Shown here piece by piece: positions 46,801 to 55,424 of a stretch of DNA of 64,000 bases (the stretch's first letter is position 1; each line of letters opens with the position of its first letter). The position numbers and the translations under genes are program-made. The DNA is taken from contig JAWKLR010000014.1 of assembly GCA_041392625.1 (NCBI GenBank), forward strand, positions 4,742 to 68,741, given 5' to 3'. The notes under the pieces are model-generated. The model was not told the DNA's origin, did not search any database, and was given only the letters and a program-made list of their open reading frames with translations. The DNA is from Saprospiraceae bacterium. GTDB lineage: Bacteria > Bacteroidota > Bacteroidia > Chitinophagales > Saprospiraceae.

Positions 46801-48382
46801 AGGTAATTTCGTATCCATTGACCCCGAGCAGGACACCCTGAATTTCAAGGGAGAAACAGCCTTTTACGACATGAAGGCCAGTCAGTTGATCATTGGTGGT
46901 GTTGATCAGATAAAATCTGCCGACGCATTTATTTATCCAGACTCTGGAAATGTTGAAATTTTACCTGGTGGTAAAATGCAGAAACTTGAAAATGCAAAAA
47001 TCGTTGCAGACACTGTCAGCAAATACCATACAATTAACCGCGCTACAGTTGAGGTCTTAGGAAAAAAACTCTTTAATGCATCCGGATATTATGAATACAA
47101 CATTCCCGGATACGAACAGGAAATTTTCTTTGACAACATCGTTGGACAGCGGTATGGCGGAGGTACCCAATCCACAAAAAAAGTGCACACCACAGCCAAT
47201 GGATACATCGGTGACACAACTAACTTCCACATGGACGCTAAGACGCAGTTCAAAGGCGACGTTATCCTTACTTCAGACCAGTTGAACTTGCGTTTTGACG
47301 GATATGCAAAATTGGATGCAGACAAGCTTCCGAGCTCACAGTGGTTCAGCATGCGATCTGTAGTGGATAAAAACAATCCGTTCTTTAAAATTGCTAACAG
47401 TAAAAATGAACCGGGCGATCCACTTGTAACCGGATTTTATATTGATCGCGAATTCAGCGTTTGCTATCCGCGCATTTTGTTGCCGGCCTATTCCCGCCGC
47501 GATCGCCAACTCATCGATTGCCAGTCGATGCTGAAGTATGACGTCCAGACTGACCGCTATTTCATGGGTGACTCAAGTCGCGTTTTGGAAAACAAACCCA
47601 GGGGCAACCTCATGGTATTTGACAACCGGGTAGGAACCGTAGAGGCAACCGGAGAGATAAACATCGGTGAAGGACTAAACTACATGAGTGTCACAGCCGC
47701 TGGCAAACTCAAATCAGACTTCAATCTGGAAGACAGCACCTCCTCCTACAAGGTAACCGGTGAAATTATGGCCGGCTTGGAAATTACCATTCCAAAACCC
47801 CTGATGGATGTGGTCGTAAACGATATAATGGCTTCAAGTTTTGGCGCTCCGATGGCCTCCTATACAACTGAAGGTGCGTTCTACCAACAGGCCATCCTGC
47901 CCTTCATCAGCGACACGTCGAAAGACGAAGAAACATTGAATTTCCTGCGTACAAACATTGTGAACCTTCCTAAGCCCGACAACAAGTATGCCTTCTTGCT
48001 GGGTAAGCACAATGTGATGTGGAATTCAGAATACCAGTCCTTTATTTCTACAACCGATAAGTTTCCGCTGATCTCGGTAAACGGAGAACCCATCAATAAG
48101 GTACTAACGATTTACACCGAATACAAAATGCCATCTGGTGGCGATGACCGATACTACCTCTACATCAAAGTATCACCGGAGTTGTGGTATTTCTTTGGCT
48201 ATCAGGCTGGCGTTTTGAACGTTGTTTCCAGCAGCACCCGCTTTAACGACACCTTATTGGCATTGAAAACCAAGGATACGCAAATCAAAATGCCCGATGG
48301 TGAATTGTATGAAATTGTTGCGGCCAACCCTTCTGTAGCCAATGCATTTGTAAGCCGAATTCAGGAGGGCCGGAGACAATAA
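43868..48382 (+). CDS. Very large (1504 aa) secreted hypothetical protein
   Basis: Signal peptide FLVFIFSAFISVSAFAQ. Uninterrupted 4.5-kb ORF with no recognisable catalytic motif, repeats or T9SS CTD. Confidence 0.7.
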   Translation: MFTNTNFVRRFLVFIFSAFISVSAFAQMPTSFSENPNEFVDELEKFMTASKRPDLEEAFKVFEKRYKSGNLGESRIQSVIRLTNQLAAQRLSPYPYYLNYINAVSAAAADSDTTLFERWHLVAEQTVAGLGRGKAKPLGQFLLFSSDYMEKRAFKIGTGGSVTWYTKGGNTRFAYNSNAPQIICENVELIGTRKNDSLIVYNAYGTYYPMENTWIGTKGKVTWEAAGLDSTVYALLTKYEIESHKPLFSSDTVTFYYPLYFPKGPILGSFEHNVVVGGGNRFPKFESFDKNLKITKIGEGIEYIGGFRLSGSSLYGYGTNAEPAQVTMFNKKRERIFYGTGELFIIKREKSLVAEGVNAKLYMDSDSLFHPAVGLRVDIPKEIIQLSRGQKGSERNPFFSSFYNMNLDAESITWHLAQDSLAIGTSIGTEKGVATKVQFESSNRFDPKGYTRMQGIASKNPISTLYILHTEVGSRIVSDNHFAQRLNPNFDYSSIQTLLADMVSEGFINYYFDRHEIELRDKLIHYALASTGKKDFDAINIVSESKQANAHLDLKTKETTIFEVDKLELSDRQKVALKPSGRSLTLLQNRDMRFSGRLFAGFALFEGQDMHFTYDKFQVEFDSVKHLDFYLPTGTVDKNGQPIALAMNSTVEYVSGVLLVDAPNNKSGKDDLNIFPSLQSKKNSFVYYERSDIQAGAYKRDSFFFKLDPFSFNGLDSYTPVDLKFKGEMRSADIFPEFRETIVVRTEDKSFGFIHRTPKEGYPTYVGKGKYTGTVDLSNQGFLGEGTVEYLTADIKSEDIIFRPKQMTCTARSFFMEEDRASEVKVPQARGEDVKVNWLPYRDSMYVESRATDFELFKEPGYAHKGILILTPSGLKGRGLFDWDGGSLESKLIEYGPFQAFADTADLKIKALDSDDILFDSRNVDGELDFDVQTGHFKANTEDANTTLPLNKYRTSMNDFTWDMKAQTITFKSDENIKGNFVSIDPEQDTLNFKGETAFYDMKASQLIIGGVDQIKSADAFIYPDSGNVEILPGGKMQKLENAKIVADTVSKYHTINRATVEVLGKKLFNASGYYEYNIPGYEQEIFFDNIVGQRYGGGTQSTKKVHTTANGYIGDTTNFHMDAKTQFKGDVILTSDQLNLRFDGYAKLDADKLPSSQWFSMRSVVDKNNPFFKIANSKNEPGDPLVTGFYIDREFSVCYPRILLPAYSRRDRQLIDCQSMLKYDVQTDRYFMGDSSRVLENKPRGNLMVFDNRVGTVEATGEINIGEGLNYMSVTAAGKLKSDFNLEDSTSSYKVTGEIMAGLEITIPKPLMDVVVNDIMASSFGAPMASYTTEGAFYQQAILPFISDTSKDEETLNFLRTNIVNLPKPDNKYAFLLGKHNVMWNSEYQSFISTTDKFPLISVNGEPINKVLTIYTEYKMPSGGDDRYYLYIKVSPELWYFFGYQAGVLNVVSSSTRFNDTLLALKTKDTQIKMPDGELYEIVAANPSVANAFVSRIQEGRRQ

Positions 48383-48537
48383 GTCAGAGCGGTGCAGAGC
48401 GTGATTGAAATTAAACAGGCTTTTTGCGCCTACCCTCCTCCCTTTGGGCCTATCTTTGCCTTTCACTCACATCCCAATTCACTGGCATCTTTTCCAGTGG
48501 ATTGGGATGTTACCTGCAAATCAGATTCCAGAGATAC

Positions 48538-49281
48538 ATGTCAAATTTGATATTTGGACACCATCCGGTAGTAGAAGCAATCCGATCCGGAAAGGCTGTG
48601 GAGAAAGTATATTTCCAACAAGGAGTTCGGGGTGAAATGGAGAAAGAAATCCGACACCTCACCCGGGAGTATGGAATTCCCCTTCAGGTTGTTCCAAAGG
48701 AAAAGTTGAATAAAATGGTCAAGGGCAACCACCAGGGAGTGGCAGCCTGGATGGCACTGGTTGCTTTTCAGCAATTGGATGAAGTACTCCCATTCATTTT
48801 TGAGCAGGGAGAAAACCCGCTTTTGCTGATGCTGGACAACATCACCGATGTCCGAAATTTTGGTGCAATCTGCCGATCTGCTGAATGCATGGGGGTTCAT
48901 GCCGTAATCATTCCACTTACGGGCAGTGCACCAGCCAACGAAGAAGCCATGAAGGCCTCAGCCGGAGCGCTCACAAAAGTTCGTATTTGCAGGGTAAAAA
49001 GCCTGTTTACTACCCTGGAGTATTTGCAACAATCCGGAGTCCAGGTATTCTCTACGGCACTCACGGGCCAGTCCATTTCCTTGCCGGAGGCGAATTTTAA
49101 GGAGCCCTGCTGCATTCTGATGGGTGCGGAGGGCAGAGGAGTCCATCCCAAACTAAACGGGATGGCCGATCAGGTAATTCGCATTCCCCAGGCTACTGAA
49201 TTTGATTCCCTCAATGTGAGTGTTGCCACTGGCATTGCGCTGTATGAAGCCCTGAGGCAGCGACTGGAAACTGCCCAATAA
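48538..49281 (+). CDS. rlmB: SpoU/TrmH-family 23S rRNA 2'-O-ribose methyltransferase (RlmB-like)
   Basis: ATG at 48538 (MSNLIFGHHPVVEAIRSGKAVEKVYFQQG, substrate-binding domain). C-terminal SpoU motifs ILMGAEGRGV and IPQ...DSLNVSVATGIALYE. Confidence 0.82.
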   Translation: MSNLIFGHHPVVEAIRSGKAVEKVYFQQGVRGEMEKEIRHLTREYGIPLQVVPKEKLNKMVKGNHQGVAAWMALVAFQQLDEVLPFIFEQGENPLLLMLDNITDVRNFGAICRSAECMGVHAVIIPLTGSAPANEEAMKASAGALTKVRICRVKSLFTTLEYLQQSGVQVFSTALTGQSISLPEANFKEPCCILMGAEGRGVHPKLNGMADQVIRIPQATEFDSLNVSVATGIALYEALRQRLETAQ

Positions 49282-49282
49282 A

Positions 49283-50101
49283 ATGGCTGTTTTTACCGAT
49301 CAGATGGGGAGAGGCCTGGAAATCCCCCATGTCCCCAAGCGCATTGTTTCCTTGGTTCCTTCGCAGACTGAGTTGCTGGCAGACCTGGGTCTGGAGCAAG
49401 AAGTGGTAGGGATCACGAAATTTTGCATTCATCCTGCCAAATGGTTTAAACAAAAAAAGCGAATTGGAGGAACGAAAACGCTTCACTTAGAGGCCATCCG
49501 AGCGCTGCAACCCGACCTGATTCTTGGTAATAAAGAAGAAAATGATCAGGAACAAATCCAGGAGCTCGCACAAGAGTTCCCAGTTTGGATGTCGGACATT
49601 TATACCCTTACAGATGCTACTAACATGATGCTGGCTATTGGGGAAATTTGTGGCAGGTCACAGCAGGCCGGGCAATTGGTCGACCGCCTTCAAAAAGCCT
49701 TTGAGCAACTAGACAAACAAGTTAAAAACTGCCCCGCCCCACGCACCGCCTACTTTATTTGGCGCAAACCCTACATGGTTGCAGGCAGCAACACCTTCAT
49801 TCACCACATGCTTGAACGGGGTGGTTTGGAAAACATCTTTTCTTCCTCCGAGCATCATCGCTATCCCGAAGTGCATATATCAGATTTAAACAAGCTGGCC
49901 CCGGAAGTCATATTGCTCTCCTCTGAACCCTATCCATTTGGAGAAAAGCACATTAAGGCCTTTAAAGAACAGTGTCCAAAAGCACATATTCAGCTTGTGG
50001 ATGGAGAACTGTTTAGCTGGTACGGAAGTCGACTGCTACAAACACCAGACTTTCTGCTGGACTTGCAGAAGGCTATACAAGCGCATATAGCACGGCCATA
50101 G
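49283..50101 (+). CDS. Periplasmic-binding-protein fold (BtuF/TroA-like helical-backbone) protein without an obvious signal peptide
   Basis: RIVSLVPSQTELLADLGLEQEVVGITKFC...LQPDLILG... is typical of cluster-A substrate-binding proteins. The start lies 1 nt after the rlmB stop. Confidence 0.65.
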   Translation: MAVFTDQMGRGLEIPHVPKRIVSLVPSQTELLADLGLEQEVVGITKFCIHPAKWFKQKKRIGGTKTLHLEAIRALQPDLILGNKEENDQEQIQELAQEFPVWMSDIYTLTDATNMMLAIGEICGRSQQAGQLVDRLQKAFEQLDKQVKNCPAPRTAYFIWRKPYMVAGSNTFIHHMLERGGLENIFSSSEHHRYPEVHISDLNKLAPEVILLSSEPYPFGEKHIKAFKEQCPKAHIQLVDGELFSWYGSRLLQTPDFLLDLQKAIQAHIARP

Positions 50102-50274
50102 CATGTTTTGCATCGATGTATTTTATAGAAAATTTATCGCATCCAGACCAAACGCAACTTTCTGAGCGGGTTTTTAATCTTTTTCCCGAAATTTGGTGTT
50201 AGATTTCAAATACTAAAGCAGCTTAAATGTTTTAAACCAATTACCCCGCTTTACCCCTTTAATTTCTTGGCATC

Positions 50275-51912
50275 ATGAAAAATCCGGTTTTACTCCTTTT
50301 ATTTTTACTAGGCAGCCTTGTTGGCTCCGCACAGAATACACCCGACCGAAAATCTGGTGAATGCCTGATCCAGTTGCAAGGCGACGAAATTTTGTCAAAT
50401 GTATTGCAAGCGGTGAATACTGCTTTTCCGGAGGCCGCACTTCGGATAAAAAAGGAAATCGCACCGGACTGGAGAATGTATGCACTTTATTTCGATGAGC
50501 AGGCGGTATCCGCTGAACGTATGTTGGACGTGCTCCGCCAAAATCCGGCCATTGCATCCGCACAACTCAACCACCGGGTACCCGACCGGGATACCGAGCC
50601 CAACGATCCCGATTGGTGGCGCCAGTCAGATATGACCCTCATCGGTACACCAAAAGCATGGGACCTTACTACCGGCGGATTATCTGCAAATGGGGATACG
50701 ATTGTGGTGGCAGTTTTGGAAAAAGGAGCCCTAATGACCCACCCGGATTTGGTCGACAGTCGCCATTTTAACTACGCTGAAATACCCAACAACCTGATTG
50801 ATGACGATGGCAACGGATACATCGATGATTATGCCGGCTACGATGCCCGGAATGGAGGGGATGGCCCCGGCACCCAGGGCAGCCACGGTACCGGCGTAAA
50901 CGAGATCATCGGAGCACGGGGAAACAACGCGGAAGGAGTAAGTGGTGTCAACTGGAACATTCAGTTGTTGAATATTTCCAATACAGAATATGAAGATGAA
51001 ATCATTGACGCCTATTATTATGTTTCCAAAGCACGGGAACGATACAACAACAGCCAGGGCACTGAAGGTAGTTTCATCGTAGCAACCAATGCCTCGTTTG
51101 GAATCGACCGGGAACGGGCTGAAGACCACCCCATGTGGTGTGCTGTTTACGATGCTTTGGGCGAACAAGGTGTACTCAGTGTGGGCGCTACCTCCAACTC
51201 AGGCAACAACAATATTGACATCGTAGGAGACATGCCTACGGATTGTGCCAGCGAATACCTCGTTACAGTTACAAATGTTGACAAACTGGATAATAAGGTC
51301 GCAGGTGCCGGATATGGACCGGAAGGCATTGACCTCGGCGCCCCCGGACAGGACACCTATACCACATCCAACAACCTCTCCGGGACACCCTTGTATGCAA
51401 CCCTGGGTGGAACTTCCGCTGCTGCCCCTCATGTTACAGGCTCCATAGCCCTGCTTTACAGCATGAGTTGCACTACGTTTACGGAAGACGCCCTTACCAA
51501 CCCTTCCGATTGTGCCAAGCGGGTTCGGGATGTATTGCTGGATAATGTTTCACCAAATTCAAGTTTGGATGGCCTGACCAAGACAGGAGGACGCCTGGAT
51601 ATCGGTTCTGCGGCAGAAGCCGTTCTGGATCTTTGTGGAGGAAGCCCACTTGGCCCAATGGACATCCTGGAGGTTCGTCCTAACCCAGTTCGAACAGAGC
51701 TTTATATACTCTACCAAACACCTAGTTTTGATATTTATGAAATCCAGGTATACAATATGTTGGGTCAAGAAGTGTATAAAGCACGGGTAGAACCCCAGGC
51801 TTTTGTTAAAAATGAGCATACAATTGACATGCAATACCAGCCAAATGGCCTGTACACCGTGTTCATCAGCAGGAATAAAGTTGTCAGTGCAAAGAAATTT
51901 TTGAAAATTTAA
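50275..51912 (+). CDS. Secreted S8 (subtilisin-like) peptidase with T9SS C-terminal sorting domain; Glu at the expected catalytic Asp position
   Basis: Signal peptide. TIVVAVLEKGALMTHPDL sits where S8 enzymes have VAVIDTG. GSHGTGV (His), ATNASFG (Asn) and GGTSAAAPHVTGSIALL (Ser) are present. The C-terminal VRPNPVRTELYILYQ...GLYTVFIS is a CTD. Confidence 0.85.
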   Translation: MKNPVLLLLFLLGSLVGSAQNTPDRKSGECLIQLQGDEILSNVLQAVNTAFPEAALRIKKEIAPDWRMYALYFDEQAVSAERMLDVLRQNPAIASAQLNHRVPDRDTEPNDPDWWRQSDMTLIGTPKAWDLTTGGLSANGDTIVVAVLEKGALMTHPDLVDSRHFNYAEIPNNLIDDDGNGYIDDYAGYDARNGGDGPGTQGSHGTGVNEIIGARGNNAEGVSGVNWNIQLLNISNTEYEDEIIDAYYYVSKARERYNNSQGTEGSFIVATNASFGIDRERAEDHPMWCAVYDALGEQGVLSVGATSNSGNNNIDIVGDMPTDCASEYLVTVTNVDKLDNKVAGAGYGPEGIDLGAPGQDTYTTSNNLSGTPLYATLGGTSAAAPHVTGSIALLYSMSCTTFTEDALTNPSDCAKRVRDVLLDNVSPNSSLDGLTKTGGRLDIGSAAEAVLDLCGGSPLGPMDILEVRPNPVRTELYILYQTPSFDIYEIQVYNMLGQEVYKARVEPQAFVKNEHTIDMQYQPNGLYTVFISRNKVVSAKKFLKI

Positions 51913-51920
51913 TTTTAGGC

Positions 51921-51952
51921 TTGGAAATTCAACCAGACAGAGCTTATCTTTG
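51921..51952 (+). promoter_or_regulatory. Candidate Bacteroidota-type promoter for tRNA-Arg
   Basis: TTGg-N21-TATCTTTG (TAnnTTTG -7 box at 51945-51952), ending 19 nt before the tRNA 5' end. Confidence 0.4.
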
Positions 51953-51971
51953 CAGCCCTTAAGAAAAGGAT

Positions 51972-52044
51972 GGCTCCGTAGCTTAACGGATAGAGCATCT
52001 GACTACGGATCAGAAGGTTAGAGGTTCGAATCCTCTCGGAGTCA
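51972..52044 (+). tRNA. tRNA-Arg (anticodon ACG)
   Basis: Hand-folded cloverleaf: acceptor GGCTCCG/CGGAGTC, D-stem GCTT/GAGC, anticodon stem TCTGA/TCAGA with loop CT-ACG-GA, 5-nt variable loop, T-arm AGAGG-TTCGAAT-CCTCT, discriminator A. CCA is not encoded. Confidence 0.9.
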
Positions 52045-52058
52045 CTAATTTAATTACG

Positions 52059-52095
52059 AGTGTGTGAGCTACAGACAAACTGCGACTCACACACT
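52059..52095 (+). other. 10-bp hairpin between tRNA-Arg and rpmB (tRNA terminator/processing site or rpmB leader structure)
   Basis: AGTGTGTGAG-(17 nt)-CTCACACACT followed by tgatttg. Confidence 0.4.
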
Positions 52096-52129
52096 TGATT
52101 TGTAAACTAGTATCAGTAAAATAAACGTC

Positions 52130-52384
52130 ATGCCTAAAGTATGTGATTTGACGGGTAAGAAACCCCTCACAGGCAACCACGTTTCACACTCAAACCGCAA
52201 GACAAAGCGCCGGTTCTACCCGAACCTCCACACCAAGCGTTTTTTCATTCCGGAAACCAATGAGTGGGTTACACTGAAGGTAAGCGCTGCTGCCATGCGT
52301 ACCATCAACAAGCTTGGCCTGTATGCTTACATCAAAAAATTGGAAAAGAGAGGTGACATCATCTTCAATTCTGATTCAGAATAA
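52130..52384 (+). CDS. rpmB: 50S ribosomal protein L28
   Basis: MPKVCDLTGKKPLTGNHVSHSNRKTKRRFYPNL is a canonical L28 N-terminus. Confidence 0.95.
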   Translation: MPKVCDLTGKKPLTGNHVSHSNRKTKRRFYPNLHTKRFFIPETNEWVTLKVSAAAMRTINKLGLYAYIKKLEKRGDIIFNSDSE

Positions 52385-52409
52385 CTATTCATCTAGCATT
52401 TAGAATAAA

Positions 52410-52598
52410 ATGGCAAAGAAATCAAAAGGCAACCGCCTCCAGATTATCCTCGAGTGCACTGAGCACAAAGAAAGCGGACAACCTGGCACTTCCCGTTACG
52501 TTACTCAGAAGAACCGGAAAAACAGCCCGGATCGTCTTGAACTGAAAAAATACAACGCGATCCTGCGCAAGTACACTGTGCACCGCGAAATCAAGTAA
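52410..52598 (+). CDS. rpmG: 50S ribosomal protein L33
   Basis: [38 protein letters not shown]...[20 protein letters not shown]. Confidence 0.95.
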   Translation: MAKKSKGNRLQIILECTEHKESGQPGTSRYVTQKNRKNSPDRLELKKYNAILRKYTVHREIK

Positions 52599-52645
52599 TG
52601 CCTGGCATTGCTGATCCTATTTACTCATTCATAAATTAAAGCATC

Positions 52646-52825
52646 ATGGCCAAGAAAGTATCTAAAAACGCCCGGGTTGCTCAACGTGCCGCCAATGCCG
52701 GTTCAGGCAAGGACCACGTAAAGGTGGTTAAGGCCGTGAAGGACCCGGTTACGGGTAGGTATACCTACAAGCAAATGATCGTACATAAAGACAAAGTGAA
52801 AGACTTTTTCGCAGACGTCAAATAA
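52646..52825 (+). CDS. DUF4295-like small basic protein (59 aa, below the ORF-track cutoff)
   Basis: ATG at 52646, TAA at 52823-52825. MAKKVSKNARVAQRAANAGSGKDHVKVVKAVKDPVTGRYTYKQMIVHKDKVKDFFADVK. A small gene conserved after rpmB-rpmG in Bacteroidota. Confidence 0.75.
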   Translation: MAKKVSKNARVAQRAANAGSGKDHVKVVKAVKDPVTGRYTYKQMIVHKDKVKDFFADVK

Positions 52826-52848
52826 CTGATCTCTTTTCGCTATTACGA

Positions 52849-52888
52849 CAAGGGCCATTTACCGCTATCGGTAAATGGCCCTTGTTTT
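52849..52888 (+). terminator. Intrinsic terminator of the rpmB-rpmG-DUF4295 operon
   Basis: CAAGGGCCATTTACCG-ctat-CGGTAAATGGCCCTTG-tttt. Perfect 16-bp stem. Confidence 0.85.
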
Positions 52889-52923
52889 GTTCGTGCCAGA
52901 ATTCCCAAACCAATTGTATTTCC

Positions 52924-54849
52924 CTAATTGCTTTGGTATAAAATACGCCCGGTATGCAACTCAGCACCTACCTGCATTTGATAAACATACCAACCGGAAG
53001 GTGTACCCTCCGGCATTCGAAGTTGTAATTCCTGATGACCCGATTCCATTACCTGCTCCTGTTCCCAAATCAAACCACCGCGCATATCAACAATTCGTAG
53101 GTGACAAGCCATTCCCTGATCGAGCCAAAGGTCAAAAGTACATGCATCTGAAAACGGATTGGGTGATGGCCCGGCAAACTGTACCGCAGCATCCTTGGAA
53201 GCATGCAAATTCGAGCGCAACTGAGAGCACGGGGCTCCCACCGATCGGCAACCAATATACCCGCCTCCGGAGCCAGCCCCTCTTCATCCATTCCTATCAT
53301 GGAAGAAATCATCCCAGATTTCTTTGCACGCACAACAAGGGTGAATGCCCTCCCTTCATCCAGAAGCGTTGGTGCTGTTCCACGGTCAAACCACGCAATA
53401 CCCAAACGGTTGTTTTTTTCATCAAAATAATAACTCTCCGAATCCAATCCCCGAACACCGGAGTATGCTACCTGGCCCTGGTCAAGCTGCAAAGCCAGCT
53501 GAGGGAACTTAAATAGGTGTTTTTTCAAATGAAAACGGGATTTCAATTATCTGCCCCTCAGCCACCCAACGGTCTTCAAACCATATTGGTATTGCAGAGC
53601 CACTCCGATCATCCGAACCTATCAAGCTGGCAGACAAATTAACGTCGCCAGACTTAACCCCTACGAATCGCATATTAGGCTCTGTCAGATCTGAAATTAG
53701 GCTTGGATAGTCCAATTGATAGGTGTACTCTACCAAGCCCCATTGATCCAGGTTAGCCGGATTTGCAAGAGGCTTGATCATTCGCCAGGAAGGGACAGCC
53801 GGAAAGGTATCGTAAATGCCTAACAACAATTTTCGACCTTCTACAATATCAAAGGTGGTAACTGATTGAGAATTGTTCATGTCAGCCGCCATCATCTGAT
53901 AAAATGATGTAAATGATTCTATTCCCAGAATATGTTTACTAATCAGAAACAAGTCAAAGGTAGAAAAGCCCACAAGCGGTCCCTCATTTCGCGTTGCCCA
54001 AACACTGGCCGCATAGTCGCCGCCGAAGGGCATCCCCTCTACTAAAAGGCTATAGCAGGAGTCCTCCACTAAAAGTGTTTCCTGCCAACTATCTATAGAA
54101 TCGGTCACCGCTGCACGCAACCTAAACTGGCTCATAGCCAGGCCGCCAGCAGACTCAGCGCATCCGTCGAAGCTGATTCCCGCATCAATATCACAGCTAC
54201 ACCCATTTCCCCCGTTTTGAAGCAATACATATCCCTGACAACTATTGAACAAACCGTCAGCATCTCGCACCCATATTTCGACAAAACGGGTACCAATATC
54301 GCAACTGTCAAAACGAATGAGGGTGTCCGGCGGGAATCCCATACCGGTCCCTATCTCGCGTATACCATACTCAATTTCATTTGTCGGAGTACAATTATCA
54401 GACATGCTCAGGATAAACTGGGAAGCAAAAAACTCCTCAGAGCAATTGGGAGGGTCCAGGTTTTGAGTCAAACCATTGATACAAATCAAACTTGGCGGAA
54501 AGCAATCCTGAATGGTAAATAAATAACTGCATTCGATCTGATTCCCGCAAAAGTCCGTTGCCCGCCAGATAGCCTTATGAGTACCCGGAGCAAAATTACC
54601 CTGAATGGTATCCTCCGTGCTGAATATATCCTGAGATCCGTCGTTGTTCAGGTCAATTCGGTAGGAATAACTGATATTGGAATTTCCGCAGGAGGTAAAG
54701 GCTTTTTCAACCAAAAAAACACTGCCTTCATTGCAGCTTCCCTGGTTGAGGCAAAAAGTCTGGTCAGTACAACTTGTAATCCAGATGAGCCCCTGGGCGG
54801 GTAAGGCTATGGGAAGCCCTACTAAAAGAAGTATGAATAATCGATTCAT
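52924..54849 (-). pseudogene. HYR-like / dockerin-like / cohesin-like surface protein with T9SS CTD, interrupted by two frameshifts
   Basis: Three colinear minus-strand ORFs. 53509-54849 has a signal peptide and Cys-rich HYR-like repeats (...HKAIWRATDFCGNQIECSYLFTIQD..., VEIWVRDADGLFNSCQGYV, FVGVKSGDVNLSA). 53070-53546 reads ...LALQLDQGQVAYSGVRG...LGIAWFD... 52924-53241 reads ...PSPNPFSDACTFDLWL...GWYVYQMQV, a T9SS CTD. The junctions are at about 53520 and 53215. Confidence 0.78.
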
Positions 54850-55241
54850 GGTACAAAAGTCTTAAGTGGATTAAGGGCATAAATAAAAAGTGCAATTACC
54901 TATGCCAGAATTGGTTTGTTGCCTGGGAAAGCAGCATCGGTTAAAACAACTCACAGTCTGAAATGAGTTAATCTTGTTTCAACCAATTTTACAAAATTAG
55001 TGCATTTTGATAAAAATCATGCTCGCACACCCTTCAAAACACATATTTCATGCCAGATTGGCTTTTGGACAAAAGCCATCCACATTCATACCTTAATTAC
55101 AAGTATACGAGAGAGTCTCTAGCCAATAAAAAATCGCACAGCCCGAACAATACAGGCTATGCGATTTTAGAACATATTGGGGCTTCAAGTGGCAATCCCA
55201 AACCCCAAACATGCATTCATCAAGAAGTTGATGCAGATAGA

Positions 55242-55388
55242 CTATCCACCACGTGGGTAGTTTGCAACATCCTCATCTACGCTATCTGGTCCCGGATCGG
55301 AACGCAGAATCCGCAGGAAGAAATACGCGGTGATTCCAATGACAATGCCATTTACAAGAATCATCATGATCAAAGCTGAAGTTGTCAT
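55242..55388 (-). CDS. NSS-transporter small subunit (MetS-like, 48 aa; below the ORF-track cutoff)
   Basis: ATG at 55388 (minus), TAG at 55242-55244. MTTSALIMMILVNGIVIGITAYFFLRILRSDPGPDSVDEDVANYPRGG. It has a single TM and starts 36 nt after the NSS transporter stop. This matches the small-subunit arrangement known for Met/Ala-importing NSS transporters. Confidence 0.6.
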   Translation of the reverse strand: MTTSALIMMILVNGIVIGITAYFFLRILRSDPGPDSVDEDVANYPRGG

Positions 55389-55424
55389 ATTTAGAATATT
55401 TATTTTGTCAAAAATTACTCAGGA

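Noticed and set aside
55050-55379. 109-aa plus-strand ORF in the spacer next to the NSS transporter
   Set aside because: It has no motifs and an odd composition. It overlaps a more plausible 48-codon single-TM ORF on the minus strand in the classic small-subunit position.
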